Source: Blastocystis sp. Blastoise
Lineage: Eukaryota > Protista > Bigyra: Opalinata
Direction: 5' to 3'
DNA: 64,000 bases
Assembly (NCBI GenBank): GCA_039096225.1
Contig: JBBPEB010000006.1
Span: 496,001 to 560,000, forward strand
Shown here: in pieces, positions 62,560 through 64,000 of the stretch
How positions within the stretch are numbered: the first letter of the stretch is position 1
Layout: each line of letters starts with the position of its first letter
Notes under the pieces: model-generated
What the model saw: the letters and a program-made list of their open reading frames with translations, nothing else
What the model was told of the DNA's origin: nothing
The model's database searches: none
Program-made: the position numbers and the translations under genes

Positions 62560-63559
62560 GATAGAACAAAAGGTGATGAATTATTTAATAATGTACAATA
62601 TACAAAAGATAAAGAAATTATGAATAATATAATTCATTAATTCCATTCTTTATATTTATATTTATATTAAAAACATAAGCTATTCAGTCTCCTAGAATAT
62701 GATTTCTTTCATTTCCATTATTTTATATGAAAACTGTGATTATACTAATTCAAATGATCTTCATAACTTCAAGACTACTTAGCATATATAAATATAATTA
62801 ATAAACATAATTTCTAAATGAATAGTCGAAATGAAACAACGTACAGATTCTTTATATATATATATATAATGAGTTATTTTTTTAAATAACATATATCTTT
62901 ATTAAATACTTTTTTTTATAATAAAGTATTATAAAAAACTAGTTCATAGTTTTATTTATGAACAAAATGATTTCGTTCAGCACATTCACTATTATTAACA
63001 AGTTATCCTATCTAATATCTTTTCTGTGGATTGAGTATCTATTTTTTCTTATATCAATTCGCCAAGAATACATAATTTACTCTGTTTTTTATATTTTCTT
63101 ATATTATAATAATAGCATTTTCAAGTATTGTTTAAAATTATGCAATAGTCCTATATTATCAAATATAAAACGAGTATTGATAAGACTAATCACTCCAAAT
63201 AAGAAAATATTTATTTACTTGAGATAAGTAAGACATATATATATATAATCCTCCATAATTGAATAATAAAAACCTAATATGAAAACATTACACATTTCCC
63301 TAGTATATTCCAGAGTATCTGATGAATTTTTTGGTTGATACATGGTAATCATAATCCTTTTTTATATTCTATTTATTTCAGCATATCATATTTCAAAATA
63401 TATATATTTTGTATGAACAAATATTTGCCAATTAATATATAATATTAATTATTTATTTGATTTTTTATTGTTTGCTTTGTCAAATATTTTAAAATTATAC
63501 TCGAGAAATATTATTATACTAAGAACAAAACAATATTCAACTAAATGTATTTCTAATAA

Positions 63560-63990
63560 AATAACATATAAATAAATAATTATGATTCTTGTAAACAGTA
63601 TCAATACTTTATATGATAGAATGGAGTATAAGAGTTTTTGCAAGGACTATGAATAAAACTAAAGGAAACACAGAAATAAAGAAATAATTAAAAATAGATA
63701 AAACAGTTATTACAACTGGTATTAGACACCTCTCAGTTACTCGGTTATACTTTTACTTCCATATCTATATATTATAATGATAGCATTATTTAATAGACAT
63801 ACGACGAATGCGATCAGGAGAAATATTTTTCATTCTATAATAATCACAGATTTGTGTTGGTATTTTAGCTAATAATTCTTTTCCTATATAAATAGAGTAA
63901 TATAAATATGAATAATTTAATGACTGTTATATATACCTATAACACAAGGAGTTTGATTGGGCATTTCTTCAATAGGAACAAATTGTACTA
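63560..63990 (-). pseudogene. Exon-like fragments of an unidentified, probably decayed gene running off the window
   Basis: AG/GT-bounded blocks (FVPIEEMPNQTPCVI; KELLAKIPTQICDYYRMKNISPDRIR); the next block has stops in all frames. Confidence 0.35.
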
Positions 63991-64000
63991 TATATATATA

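Overview
This is extremely AT-rich, intron-dense eukaryotic (protist-like) nuclear DNA, not prokaryotic. Most short ORFs in the supplied track are artefacts of (TA)n/(AAT)n intronic microsatellites. Manual GT-AG splicing gives, in order: a tRNA-like 69-nt cloverleaf; a spliced Mutator (MULE) transposase; two tandem paralogous two-TM proteins; a ~12-kb UBR-box/RING-H2 N-recognin E3 ligase; a MORN-repeat protein; ICMT/STE14; Pelota/Dom34; an SMPD4-like protein; a BTB-LRR protein; a CDPK-like kinase; three BTB-TLDc paralogues (one intronless, one frameshifted) with a complete non-autonomous hAT-type element between two of them; another BTB-family gene; and decayed gene remnants. The most unusual signals concern intron architecture. 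Intron ends are typically bracketed by self-complementary (TA)n, often without a polypyrimidine tract. Three UBR junctions are best resolved with non-canonical termini (AT-AA, GT-AT, AT-AG). A 1.35-kb satellite-filled intron contains its own inverted copy. The linker-less tRNA-like RNA is the other highlight. All exon models were derived by eye and need RNA-seq; assembly error in microsatellites is a live alternative explanation for several findings.
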